Positions 47,424 through 57,087 of a stretch of DNA of 64,000 nt are shown here, one piece after another. The stretch spans positions 74,599 to 138,598 of the forward strand of contig JABFGB010000013.1 of assembly GCA_013112715.1 (NCBI GenBank), read 5' to 3'. Below the pieces are notes generated by a model. The model saw nothing but the letters and a program-made list of their open reading frames with translations. It made no database searches and was not told where the DNA came from. Both the position numbers and the translations under genes were made by a program. Every line of letters starts with the position of its first letter. Position 1 is the stretch's first letter. The stretch is from Chloroflexota bacterium (GTDB taxonomy: Bacteria; Chloroflexota; Anaerolineae; Aggregatilineales; J027).

Positions 47424-49115
47424 ATGCAAAAGTATTTTTTACTCCTTACCCTTTTGGCGATATTGAGTTTTGGTGTTTTGGGTGGCGACCATTCCCCAAG
47501 CCATGCCCAAGATAACGCAAGTTACCCCTGTGCGGCCACCCATTACCCCACATTCGGTGATTGTGAGGCTGCCCCCAATAATGAAGTCACGGTTGCCTAT
47601 GGCGTCTATAACAACCGCGAGAATGACCCAGTGGCTGTCCCAGCTGAGACAGTAACCGCAACGGCTGAAGCGATTACCGTATCCATCGGCGTTAGTGTTC
47701 GGGTAGTCAATGATTGGACTGAGGCGCAAAGCGACTCCGACGTGCTGCAAATCGTGAATAATGTGCCTGTCGAAGGGGCGCTCTATACGATTTTCCTGCC
47801 CATCGGCTGGACACCCGATGGCTCGTATCCCGTCGCACTGAGCGGCAACGGCGCAGGTACCTCCAATAATCAACGTTTTTACATGGGCCAAGAATTAGAT
47901 GCCCCCTTGATTGTGGGTCGTAGTACCCAAAATGGCAGTTCCGGCGTAATTTTGGCGATTTCCAATGCAGGCGGCACTGAAAGTCAGGGCATTGACGACG
48001 TGACCTATCACTCCGTCGAAGCGTTTTTCAAATGGATTGAAGCCAACGCCGGGGGTGATCCTGAACGATTTGTGACGGCAGGTGCGAGTCGTGGGGGTGG
48101 TTCGGCGCTCATGTGGGCCATCAACCCGCTTGGGCTAGATTACACAGTGCGTGGGATATTTGCCGATGTGCCACCGACGCAATATGGCACGTTGACGCAG
48201 CGCAGTCCCTTGACTTACCCGTCGCTGGCGGCTATCAACATTTTGGTGCTTAAAGATTTACTCGGCTGGAAATATGGCACACCCAAAGGCCCCGGTCAAA
48301 ATCCCTCACTGGCAATGGAATATTTGATTGGTGAGGGGGATGCTGATGCAGCTAATGCGTTGAGTCCCTATGCGATGGCGGAAAAACTGGTGGGCAAGGA
48401 TTTGATGATTGGGCATGGCACGCACGACGCCTTTTTCCAATTTGCCTTGTTCCTCGAATTCGACCGCAGGCTAAATGAACTGGGTATTGAACATGGCACG
48501 GTGATTACAGTTGGCAATGGTCATGCCCGTTCAGTCTATCTGTGGCAGGCGTTTGAGCAGTATATGAACGCACTGGCAAGCGGGGAAGATTTTGCCCTCC
48601 CGACGGGTCGCCAATTCTGGATTGATACCGCCCCCGCCAGTGACAATGATATTCCGCTGGCCGATTATTTCAACAGTGTCGGCATGGATGTGGCAATGGC
48701 ATCCGAACTGCCTTTCACGGTTGAAATTCCCTATCAAAGCGGGGTAGGGTTGCCGATTGATGTCAGTGCATGCGGCGCTCCGGGTGCGGATTTTTCGGTG
48801 GCATGGACACTCCCCAGCGGTGGCGATCCTGTGCCTGTGATTGAGGGCACCTTTGATGAAACCGAGTGCGTGAGTGTGCAAATCCCCACCCCTGATGAAG
48901 TGGGGGATTACGTATGGAGCTTTACCTATCGTGGTGAAGAAATCAATCCAACGAATACAGCCGCCCGTGATGAAAATGGTTGTGCGACTGTTCCCGCCAT
49001 GACTACCGTTACTGAACAGCAGCCATTTTTTACTCAGACCTATGCCTATGATGGGTCACTGGGGTTTGGGATTGACCAATATGTCGCCCAAGCGAGTGAT
49101 TGTATGGTGCAATAG
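47424..49115 (+). CDS. Secreted alpha/beta-hydrolase-like protein
   Basis: The ORF track gives 47418..49115. The ATG at 47424 gives the signal peptide MQKYFLLLTLLAILSFGVLG. A nucleophile-elbow-like GASRGGGSALMWA and a downstream HGTHDAFF are present. No specific family is assigned. Confidence 0.45.
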   Translation: MQKYFLLLTLLAILSFGVLGGDHSPSHAQDNASYPCAATHYPTFGDCEAAPNNEVTVAYGVYNNRENDPVAVPAETVTATAEAITVSIGVSVRVVNDWTEAQSDSDVLQIVNNVPVEGALYTIFLPIGWTPDGSYPVALSGNGAGTSNNQRFYMGQELDAPLIVGRSTQNGSSGVILAISNAGGTESQGIDDVTYHSVEAFFKWIEANAGGDPERFVTAGASRGGGSALMWAINPLGLDYTVRGIFADVPPTQYGTLTQRSPLTYPSLAAINILVLKDLLGWKYGTPKGPGQNPSLAMEYLIGEGDADAANALSPYAMAEKLVGKDLMIGHGTHDAFFQFALFLEFDRRLNELGIEHGTVITVGNGHARSVYLWQAFEQYMNALASGEDFALPTGRQFWIDTAPASDNDIPLADYFNSVGMDVAMASELPFTVEIPYQSGVGLPIDVSACGAPGADFSVAWTLPSGGDPVPVIEGTFDETECVSVQIPTPDEVGDYVWSFTYRGEEINPTNTAARDENGCATVPAMTTVTEQQPFFTQTYAYDGSLGFGIDQYVAQASDCMVQ

Positions 49116-49156
49116 GCTTTTACAAAGGCGGTTTGCAAAAGCCGTCCTTTTTTAAG
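49115..49156 (+). terminator. Rho-independent terminator
   Basis: GGCTTTTACAAA, a GGCGG loop, then TTTGCAAAAGCC (a 12-bp stem with one mismatch). A run of 6 T follows within 10 nt. Confidence 0.6.
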
Positions 49157-49162
49157 CCATTA

Positions 49163-49651
49163 TCACTCTAATAGGATTGCCCTAGAAAGCTGAATGATTT
49201 TTCTTCGCCACGCCATTGAATCCATGCGATAAGGCTCTATTAATTCCAATAATTTTTGCGATGGTTGAGTTGTTGTATATCGCCCTTTATTAAGCGAGGG
49301 AGTTTTCACATAACCCATTGCTTCAGCTATTGCAAGGGACTCTTTGTGGGTCAGGGCATAGGTCACTTGCTTTTGTTTATTCTCTGATATTACGTTCCAA
49401 ACAAAGGCAATGACCAGATTTGGGAATTTTTCGTATTTCTGATCAATCATGAAACTACTGTTTCGTGAGGCCTTTATTTGAATGGGGATGGCTGTGAATT
49501 GGGGGATTTCATCGTCAATATCAAGGTAAGCGATTAAATCTACGCCACGATCTCGTATAGGTTGGGCAACCTCAAACCCTGCCGCCAGCAATTCATTGAC
49601 CAATCGGTTTCTTCCTATAATTTCAATGATTTGACTATCCACTTTACCCAT
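49163..49651 (-). CDS. Hypothetical protein, PD-(D/E)XK nuclease-like (Hjc/restriction-endonuclease-like core)
   Basis: 162 aa. The candidate core is E(20)..D(34)RGVDLIAY..IPIQIKAS, a D...(E/Q)xK arrangement on alternating strand-like segments. The gene is AT-rich compared with dnaE (about 40% GC in a sampled 60-nt stretch). The fold assignment comes from motif spacing alone. Confidence 0.4.
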   Translation of the reverse strand: MGKVDSQIIEIIGRNRLVNELLAAGFEVAQPIRDRGVDLIAYLDIDDEIPQFTAIPIQIKASRNSSFMIDQKYEKFPNLVIAFVWNVISENKQKQVTYALTHKESLAIAEAMGYVKTPSLNKGRYTTTQPSQKLLELIEPYRMDSMAWRRKIIQLSRAILLE

Positions 49652-49702
49652 AAAGATTTCGCTTTCGTGATAACCCGATCTATTTTCACTCTGTTGTACT
49701 TT

Positions 49703-52700
49703 TCAAAGCGCTTGAACCTCAATGGCATCCGTTCCAATTCGGTTGTGATTGGATAAACGATCCAGTAGTTCATCACAAATGGCAATCCCCGGCTTGGGAA
49801 AGGTCATATGCACCGGAAAGTCACGATCAGGTCGGTGAACAGCAACACACAATTCATCTTCGCCGGGGTAACTCTGGGCGATCTGGACAATGCGTTTCAG
49901 AGTACGTTTATCCTGTTCATCATCACTGCTGCGATAGAAATGCACCACCAAGCGCTGGCGTGGAATTGCCGCTTTAGAAATTGGACTCGTCGCGGTTTTT
50001 AATTTTGCCGTGACTCGGTTGGGCGCGGATGGCTTTGTTTCGACAGAGGTTGTCATCTCAAACAGGGGCAGCGGTTTTTCGACGGGCATATCCGGTGGCA
50101 AATCATCATCATTGGCAGCCAGCATGTCATCATCATCCAGTTCTGTCGCCTCAGCAAATTCATCGGGTTCGTCGCCCATAAGCATGGAGGCTTCTAATTC
50201 ATCTTCGGTGAGGATAGGAACTTCGGCCTCATAAGAGACGCTGGCGGTTTCGCGTACCTGATGATGTCCATTACCGCCATTGGAAGGGGGTAGTGGATAG
50301 GGGGTGTCGTCGGATGGGTCAAGAAGATAACCGTCATCGTCCATATAGGGTGGCTCGTCGTCGGGCAGCCAGTCAAAAGGCATATCATTGAGTTTTTGTA
50401 GGGTATCCGCCCCGCTAAGGTGGTCATTCGCGGGAGCAGCGCTATGCACGGTAAAGTTTTGTGTTACTCGATCTACAATAATCTGTACCTCGCCATTGCG
50501 TAAATCGGCTTTGCCATAGGCGACCAAAACCTTATCTTCTTGCACAATGTCACGCTGCAAATCCCACACTTTCGGGAACATGACGGCATTGATAACCCCG
50601 TGCATATCCTCGATTTGCAGGATCGCCATCCCATCACCTTTTTTGGTAGTGATGACGCGCAGTTCCGTGACTAGGCCCGCCACCGTCACGAATTTTCCAC
50701 TGATGACCTCGGATTGTTCTAACAAATCTGCCGAGGTATGGGTGATGATTCTTTGCAGGACGTGGCGCAAGTCACCCATTGGGTGGTCGGTCACGTAGAG
50801 GCCGGTTAATTCGCGCTCCCAGCGGAGTTGTTCACGTTTATCCGCAGGCTTAGAGGGTTTTTCAATTACACTCCACACCGACCCTACGTTGTCGCTGTCT
50901 TGACCTCCGCCCATCAAATCAAACATGGTAATTTGACCGATTTCGGCATCTTTACGACGGGCAGCACTGTGGCTCATTAGGCGCTCAAGGTTATGCAGGA
51001 GGGTCGGACGATCTCCAAAATCATCCATCGCCCCCACCCGAATCAGCGATTCGAGGGCGCGTTTGCCAATCACCCGCATGTCACAGCGTTGCAGGAAATC
51101 ATCGAGGTCTTTAAAGCGACCTCCAACTTCGCGTTCTTCCAAGATATGGGCAATAGACCCCATGCCCACGTTTTTGACCGCCCCCAAGCCAAACCGGATG
51201 TGCTTGCTGTCATCGTTGGAATATTCAATATCAAAGTCTTGCCATGAGTAATTGACGTTGGGCGGGAGGACATCAATGTTCATACGGTTCGCATCGGTCA
51301 CAAACTGACTGACTTTGGCCGAGTCGTCATAATAAACCGACATCAACGCGGTCATGTATTCATGTGGGTAGCGACACTTTAAGTAGGCCGTTTGGCAGGT
51401 AATAACGGCATAGTCGGCGGCGTGGGAGTTATGCACCAGAATATCATTGGCGATGAAATTGTGTGTGCCTTCGATGGTCAAATCATAGGTCATTTCATTG
51501 CCGATGTATTCGATTGAGACGATCTCGTCCCAATAAATATCGTTGTTGGCATAACGTCGAAGTTCTTTTGAATCGAAGAATTTCGCAAGGCGATTAATGA
51601 CCTCATGCGTAAATCCTGCTTTTGTCTCATTGGAAGTAGGGTAAAACTCCCGAACCGCGACACCTGCCTGTGCTGATATTTGCTCCCACGAGAGTTTTTG
51701 AACTTCTTTCTCACGACGAACAATATTTTTAACTTCTAGTGGTACAACATCTTTTGTCCCGGCAGGGTCAATTGCCACCATGTAATCAAGTTTTTCACGG
51801 CGTTGATTGCTCACAAAATGATAGGCAATTTCGTCGGCAAAGATTCTAAGATTGCTGCCTTTGGTGATAAATACTTGATAACCTACCCGTCCATCTTTGT
51901 ACGGAAATTCAACGCGACGTAGCCGACTGACTATCCCTAATCGCAAAAGCAGGTGTTGAAGTTGGCGGGCCATTCGCTCAGAAGAAGTAGCATAATAGGC
52001 ACTTCTATCCTTTTCATTGAGATGCCCATCACCTTCCCACATACGGGCGATCAGAAGCGCTATCTGGCGATTGGTTAGCTCAAAAACTTCATCAGGAATG
52101 AATTTAGTGTACGAATTTGTGTTGCGTAGCCCTAATTTTTCAACCCATTGGAAAACACCATTGGGTTTGGAGCGGTGGATGCGTTTGCCATATACGTCAT
52201 ACATCCCGCGACGACAATGCGTACTGGCAACAGTATTCTCGAATTTCTGAAGGTGAGTGGTATAGTCATGCCACTGTTCCTCGCTACCCGTATAGTAGTA
52301 TACGCCTGTGGGGTGACATAAATTGCCTTCCGCCAAGAGATGGCCTAAAACAATAACCTCATGATCAGGCCACTCTTTCGTGCCTTCGACGGGGATACGG
52401 CGTGGTACAGCGACTTTATCCCCCACCGAGAGTTCGCCCAACAAACGCCATCCATCAAAGGTATAGAAGGGGTGGTTGTCCGTCGCTTCGATTTGTCGGC
52501 CTAGACGAGTCGTGAGGCGATAGATGGGCTTGATCCCATTTTCCATAACCGCGGTGATCGAGCTAGGCTGCAATCTTAGGGAATCAATATCACAGCTTAG
52601 GGTTTGCTCAATGTGTGCTTGACCAGCGGCAAGGTCGCCGATTTTTACAATCCGCCCCGTCGCTGCATCTACAACTTCGGTGTTTCTACTGAGGCACTTA

Positions 52701-55039
52701 TTAAAGCCATAGTTGGCGAAAAACTCGATTTGGTCAAAGATTTCGGCGGCGGTCTTGGCATCTACGCCATGTTTTGGCCCATTTTCCATAAAAATATCAC
52801 GGTGGGCTTGGAGGTCTTTTTGTTTTTTCTTGGATACGGCGCGACGCATCAAGTCGGCATCACCCAAGCTATACCCGAACAATTCCGCTGCAATCTGCAT
52901 GATTTGTTCTTGATAGGTGATGATGCCATAGGTGTTGCCGATGATAGATTCTAGCTTGGGGTGCAAATAGACGGGGGCTTCTTCGCCATGCAACCGCCGA
53001 TTAAATTGCGGGATAAATTGCATCGGGCCGGGGCGGTAGAGAGAAATCGCTGCAATGATATGCTCAAAGGTCTTGGGGCGCATCCCGGTGAGCATCTGGC
53101 GCATTCCACTGCTTTCCAATTGGAACACGCCGATGGATTCACCCCGCCCCAGCATCTTAAAGGTTTCCTCAACCCAGTGGGAAACTTCTGGGTCGTTGGG
53201 GTCGGGTTTAAACGGGATATTCGACATATCATATTTGACGCCATGATGCTTTTCAATCAATTCACAGGCACGGCGCAGGATGGTCAGGGTGGAAAGACCC
53301 AAAAAGTCAATCTTGAGCAGGCCGATACTTTCCGCCGTCTCCATTTCAAATTGGGTAACGCGCTTGACGGGGCTGTCGTCATTGTCTTTGGTGGGACGAT
53401 GCAGCGGCAAATATTCATCTAGTGGCTTATCAGCCACAATAACCCCGGCGGCGTGAGTGCTGGCATGACGTGGCACACCCTCCAAATGCCGTGCGGTATC
53501 AATAATCTGACGGGCATATGGGTCGCTCTTGTAAAGGTCAATAAATTCCTTGCTGGTTAACTCGGGTTTTTCTTCATCTTCCCCTAAAAGCTGATAAATC
53601 TTGGGCGGTTTGGTGGTGGTTGGCACTAATCGCGCGATTCTGTCCACTTCGGTGAGGGGTAGATCGAAAGCACGGCCTACATCTCGAATGGCGGCTTTCG
53701 CCCCTAATGTTCCGAAAGTGATGATCGCAGCGACCTTTTCTTCCCCATACCGCTGGACACAGTATTCGATCATTTCGGCGCGGCGATCTTCGGGGAAGTC
53801 GAGGTCGAAGTCGGGCATTTGACGGCGACCGGGGTTTAGGAAACGTTCAAACAGGAGGTTATTTTCCAGCGGATCGAGTCCTGTGATGCCAAGCGTATAG
53901 GCGACCACGCTGCCGGCACCAGAACCGCGCACGTTCCACCAAATATCTACCTCACGGGCATGACGGCACAAATCCCACACAATCAAGAAATAGGTGTCGA
54001 AGCCCATATCATGGATAACGCTGATTTCGTATTCCAAGCGTTCACGAACTTCAGGAGTATCGGCAGCGGAGCCATAACGCCAATAAATCCCTTCTTCGCA
54101 GAGGTGGCGTAGATAATCGCCGGGACTGTTAAATTCATCGGGTACAGGGAAAATTGGTAGGTGATATTCTTTGGTATCTAGCTCTACGTCCTCGCACATC
54201 TCAGCAATCATCATGGTATTGTTGAGTGCTTGTGGAGCAATATGACCAAACAAGCGCCACATCTCGGCCTGTGTTCGCATGTAATACGAATTGCCGCCCG
54301 ACATGCGGAGGCGATCCTCTTCTCTTTTGACATTGCCCGTCTGGATACACAACAAGGTGTCGTGGTAATCGTAGTCATCTGGGCTGACATAATGCACGTC
54401 GTTAGTGGCGACCAGCGGCACATTAGCATATTTGGAATTTTCGACCAGCCAGCGATTTAGTCTATCCAATTGCGGGATGTCATGGGCCTGCAATTCAAGG
54501 AAAAAATTATCCTTGCCAAAGACATCCTGATACCAGCCAATCAATTGGCGGGCTTCTTCATCGCGGCCATCTTCGACCATACGTGGAATTTCTGCCGCCA
54601 AACAACCGCTGGTTGCAATCAGGCCACTTGCATATTGGGCCATCAATTCTCGGTCAATGCGGGGGCGATAATAAAAGCCTTCCAATTGAGCCTTAGAAGA
54701 TAATTTCAGCAGATTTTTATAACCTTGTTGGTTTTGGGCCAGCAGCAGCATGTGATAGGGTTTGGAGTCTATTTTAGGGTCACGACCAAAGCGGCTGCCC
54801 CGAGCCAAATAGGACTCTACCCCAATCAGTGGCTTAATCCCTTTGGCCTTGCACGCCCGATAAAAATCTATTACCCCAAACATCGTGCCATGATCGGTAA
54901 TTGCCAGCGCGGGCATTCCCAAGTGGGCGGCATAGGCGACGGCCCGATCAATGACAGCAAAGCCGTCCAACAGGCTGTATTCCGTGTGGAGGTGCAGATG
55001 GACAAAATTTTGATCTACATGTGAATGGTCGTCGTGCAT
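49703..55039 (-). CDS. dnaE: DNA polymerase III alpha subunit (DnaE) precursor containing one intein and a long acidic C-terminal extension
   Basis: 1778 aa. It has the PHP domain VHLHLHTEYSLLDG, the palm region GSGAGSVVAYTLGIT and PDFDLDF, and the finger motif GFNK/SHAADYAV split by the intein. An OB fold follows (FVTVAGLVTELRVITTKKGDGMAILQIED). The extein totals 1355 aa. Confidence 0.95.
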   Translation of the reverse strand: MHDDHSHVDQNFVHLHLHTEYSLLDGFAVIDRAVAYAAHLGMPALAITDHGTMFGVIDFYRACKAKGIKPLIGVESYLARGSRFGRDPKIDSKPYHMLLLAQNQQGYKNLLKLSSKAQLEGFYYRPRIDRELMAQYASGLIATSGCLAAEIPRMVEDGRDEEARQLIGWYQDVFGKDNFFLELQAHDIPQLDRLNRWLVENSKYANVPLVATNDVHYVSPDDYDYHDTLLCIQTGNVKREEDRLRMSGGNSYYMRTQAEMWRLFGHIAPQALNNTMMIAEMCEDVELDTKEYHLPIFPVPDEFNSPGDYLRHLCEEGIYWRYGSAADTPEVRERLEYEISVIHDMGFDTYFLIVWDLCRHAREVDIWWNVRGSGAGSVVAYTLGITGLDPLENNLLFERFLNPGRRQMPDFDLDFPEDRRAEMIEYCVQRYGEEKVAAIITFGTLGAKAAIRDVGRAFDLPLTEVDRIARLVPTTTKPPKIYQLLGEDEEKPELTSKEFIDLYKSDPYARQIIDTARHLEGVPRHASTHAAGVIVADKPLDEYLPLHRPTKDNDDSPVKRVTQFEMETAESIGLLKIDFLGLSTLTILRRACELIEKHHGVKYDMSNIPFKPDPNDPEVSHWVEETFKMLGRGESIGVFQLESSGMRQMLTGMRPKTFEHIIAAISLYRPGPMQFIPQFNRRLHGEEAPVYLHPKLESIIGNTYGIITYQEQIMQIAAELFGYSLGDADLMRRAVSKKKQKDLQAHRDIFMENGPKHGVDAKTAAEIFDQIEFFANYGFNKCLSRNTEVVDAATGRIVKIGDLAAGQAHIEQTLSCDIDSLRLQPSSITAVMENGIKPIYRLTTRLGRQIEATDNHPFYTFDGWRLLGELSVGDKVAVPRRIPVEGTKEWPDHEVIVLGHLLAEGNLCHPTGVYYYTGSEEQWHDYTTHLQKFENTVASTHCRRGMYDVYGKRIHRSKPNGVFQWVEKLGLRNTNSYTKFIPDEVFELTNRQIALLIARMWEGDGHLNEKDRSAYYATSSERMARQLQHLLLRLGIVSRLRRVEFPYKDGRVGYQVFITKGSNLRIFADEIAYHFVSNQRREKLDYMVAIDPAGTKDVVPLEVKNIVRREKEVQKLSWEQISAQAGVAVREFYPTSNETKAGFTHEVINRLAKFFDSKELRRYANNDIYWDEIVSIEYIGNEMTYDLTIEGTHNFIANDILVHNSHAADYAVITCQTAYLKCRYPHEYMTALMSVYYDDSAKVSQFVTDANRMNIDVLPPNVNYSWQDFDIEYSNDDSKHIRFGLGAVKNVGMGSIAHILEEREVGGRFKDLDDFLQRCDMRVIGKRALESLIRVGAMDDFGDRPTLLHNLERLMSHSAARRKDAEIGQITMFDLMGGGQDSDNVGSVWSVIEKPSKPADKREQLRWERELTGLYVTDHPMGDLRHVLQRIITHTSADLLEQSEVISGKFVTVAGLVTELRVITTKKGDGMAILQIEDMHGVINAVMFPKVWDLQRDIVQEDKVLVAYGKADLRNGEVQIIVDRVTQNFTVHSAAPANDHLSGADTLQKLNDMPFDWLPDDEPPYMDDDGYLLDPSDDTPYPLPPSNGGNGHHQVRETASVSYEAEVPILTEDELEASMLMGDEPDEFAEATELDDDDMLAANDDDLPPDMPVEKPLPLFEMTTSVETKPSAPNRVTAKLKTATSPISKAAIPRQRLVVHFYRSSDDEQDKRTLKRIVQIAQSYPGEDELCVAVHRPDRDFPVHMTFPKPGIAICDELLDRLSNHNRIGTDAIEVQAL
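51428..52696 (-). mobile_element. Full-length intein (423 aa) with a LAGLIDADG homing-endonuclease domain, inserted in DnaE
   Basis: It spans aa 782-1204 of the precursor. Block A is CLSRNTEVV (Cys1 codon 52694-52696). Block B is ATDNHPF. The LAGLIDADG motifs are VLGHLLAEGNL and LLIARMWEGDGHL. The C-terminal splicing blocks are IYWDEIVSIEYIG and HNFIANDILVHN, followed by the Ser +1 residue (Asn codon 51428-51430). Removing it restores the conserved GFNKSHAA. A sampled 60-nt stretch is about 37% GC, against about 55% in flanking dnaE. Confidence 0.9.
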
Positions 55040-55129
55040 CAGCTTCTCTAACAGTACAAGTATAGAATTTTCGTTCTGATATTGGATTTATCTACAGTAT
55101 AGCACAGGCATGGTTGAAAATGGGTTTGA

Positions 55130-56095
55130 TTAGAAGATCAGGCGTGGCAAAAACCACAGGCAGATTCCACTGACAATCTGGCTGATCCATGCTGCTGCTA
55201 ATCCGTTGCGATAGCGCAGGTAGCCGTACAGAAAATTGAGCAGGGCAAACACGATCACCATCACAAACGCGACCCCGGAGGCATTGCCGAGTTCCATATG
55301 CGGGAAAAACAAGATAACTGACCATATCGTTCCTAAAATGCCGGAAACAATTGGGCCACGTAGTTCTTGCATCGCCCCACGAAAGAACAACGAATCGGCG
55401 GCGGGCATGACAAAACAGACCGCCATAAACACCCACGTATTCATGAGGTTTGCTGGGACACCACGTTCATTAAACATCCGGTCGGACACCGTTTGGAGGG
55501 CCGACCCGAATAAAATAACGAAAGGGATGCCGATGACAAGGCCAAACAACAGGCCTGCCCGCAGATTTTCAACCGAGGTATCGCTTAGACGTTGGCTTGT
55601 TCCCAATATATACGTCACGAGACCTGCGCCACCCAATGCTGCCCATAAAGCCACGTATCGGATACTGGCATCAATCGGGCTGAGGCCAATGGATAGGGCT
55701 ATGATGACCATATAAGCAAAAACTGGGTCTACTTCACGTTGGAAAGGGTTAATGAACAGGGAGGGGTGTTCCTCGGCCTCAATTTCCTCGGCATCTTCCG
55801 CCAACTCATCTGTCTCAAATTCCTCCTCGTCGCCAGTTTCGATTTCTTGCAGCAAGGGGTCGGGTTGCATGGGGCGAAGGATGGCGTGGGGAATACGGGA
55901 CAACAGGCTTGGTTTAGCCTCAACAGTCGCCTCTACAATTTCTGGTTCAGTTTCACCGATTTCATCAGCCGGGGGTTGCGAGATAGGCCAAGCCATTTGG
56001 TCATCGTGGGGTGGCCCTTGACGTTCTGGCCGCTTCACGTGAGATAGCTCCGAATTCGTTCCACCACAAATTGAGCACGTTCCGGGGTAATCCAA
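55130..56095 (-). CDS. CPBP/Abi-like intramembrane protein with degenerate catalytic motifs and an acidic N-terminal region
   Basis: 321 aa. An alternative start at the ATG at 55996 (MAWPIS) would remove the 61-nt overlap with ltaE. The multi-TM C-terminal half has PAADSLFFRGAM (the EExxxR position reads DSxxxR), LFFPH and FALLNF (the HxxxN position reads FxxxN). Confidence 0.4.
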   Translation of the reverse strand: MDYPGTCSICGGTNSELSHVKRPERQGPPHDDQMAWPISQPPADEIGETEPEIVEATVEAKPSLLSRIPHAILRPMQPDPLLQEIETGDEEEFETDELAEDAEEIEAEEHPSLFINPFQREVDPVFAYMVIIALSIGLSPIDASIRYVALWAALGGAGLVTYILGTSQRLSDTSVENLRAGLLFGLVIGIPFVILFGSALQTVSDRMFNERGVPANLMNTWVFMAVCFVMPAADSLFFRGAMQELRGPIVSGILGTIWSVILFFPHMELGNASGVAFVMVIVFALLNFLYGYLRYRNGLAAAWISQIVSGICLWFLPRLIF

Positions 56096-57072
56096 TAGTG
56101 TGTGACGGCGCGGAAATTTTGCGTGTAGACAGGGCGGATGAGGATATTGTCTTTTTCAAGGGCGGCGGCAAGTTGAGGGGCGTTGAGTGGAGAGGACTCA
56201 TCTACCGAAAACAGCACGATATTGGTGCGAATTTGACTGGGGTCAATTTGGATATGCGGAATAGTTGCTAGTCCTTCTGCCAAGATACACGCGACGGCAT
56301 GATCTTCAGCAAGACGCTCGGTCATTTCTTCTAAGGCGATAATGCCCGCAGCGGCTAAAATTCCAGCTTGACGCAATCCACCCCCCATCGCTTTACGGAT
56401 GCGACGAGCGTGGCGGATAAAGTCGGCAGAACCGACGATCATCGAACCGACGGGGGCGCACAGTCCTTTGGAAAGGCAAAATTGCACACTGTCGGCGGCT
56501 TGTACGACTCGTTTGACATCCTCATTCACCGCGACGGCTGCGTTGAAGATACGTGCGCCGTCAATATGGAGCTTAAGGCCGTTTTGGTGGCAGAGCGCCC
56601 CAACCGCATCAATATAATCAACGGGAAGCGGCTGTCCCCCGACGGCGGCTTGGGTGTTTTCTAAACAGACGAGCGTGGTGATGGGATAATGTACATTGTC
56701 GGCGCGGATGGCGGCCTTAATTTTTTCAAGGGGCAGTGTGCCATCTGGCCGAACTTCGACAGGCCACGAATGGACACCCCCATAGGCGGCGGGATTGCCC
56801 GTTTCATTAATGAAGGCGTGGCTCTTATCGCCTAAAATGACCTCATCGCCGCGTCCACAGTGGGTCAAGATGGAGACCACATTGCCCATTGTGCCGCTAG
56901 TGACAAATAAACCCGCTTCTTTGCCGAGTTTTTCAGCCGCCAGTTTTTCCAGTTGATTAACCGTTGGGTCTTCGCCATACACGTCGTCCCCAACGGGCGC
57001 GGCGGCCATCGCCTGTCGCATTTTTTCAGTCGGCCAACTAACGGTATCGCTCCGTAGGTCTATCTTGTCCAT
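56035..57072 (-). CDS. ltaE: Low-specificity L-threonine aldolase
   Basis: 345 aa. It has [34 protein letters not shown] and the PLP-lysine region [13 protein letters not shown]. Confidence 0.9.
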   Translation of the reverse strand: MDKIDLRSDTVSWPTEKMRQAMAAAPVGDDVYGEDPTVNQLEKLAAEKLGKEAGLFVTSGTMGNVVSILTHCGRGDEVILGDKSHAFINETGNPAAYGGVHSWPVEVRPDGTLPLEKIKAAIRADNVHYPITTLVCLENTQAAVGGQPLPVDYIDAVGALCHQNGLKLHIDGARIFNAAVAVNEDVKRVVQAADSVQFCLSKGLCAPVGSMIVGSADFIRHARRIRKAMGGGLRQAGILAAAGIIALEEMTERLAEDHAVACILAEGLATIPHIQIDPSQIRTNIVLFSVDESSPLNAPQLAAALEKDNILIRPVYTQNFRAVTHYWITPERAQFVVERIRSYLT

Positions 57073-57087
57073 AATGCTCCCGTGAGG

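Noticed and set aside
55040-55129. Two CTATACT(T)GTA elements upstream of dnaE considered as promoter -10 boxes or a regulatory direct repeat
   Set aside because: There is no matching -35 at proper spacing, and the motif is short enough to occur twice by chance in an AT-rich 90-nt spacer. Not enough evidence for a feature call.
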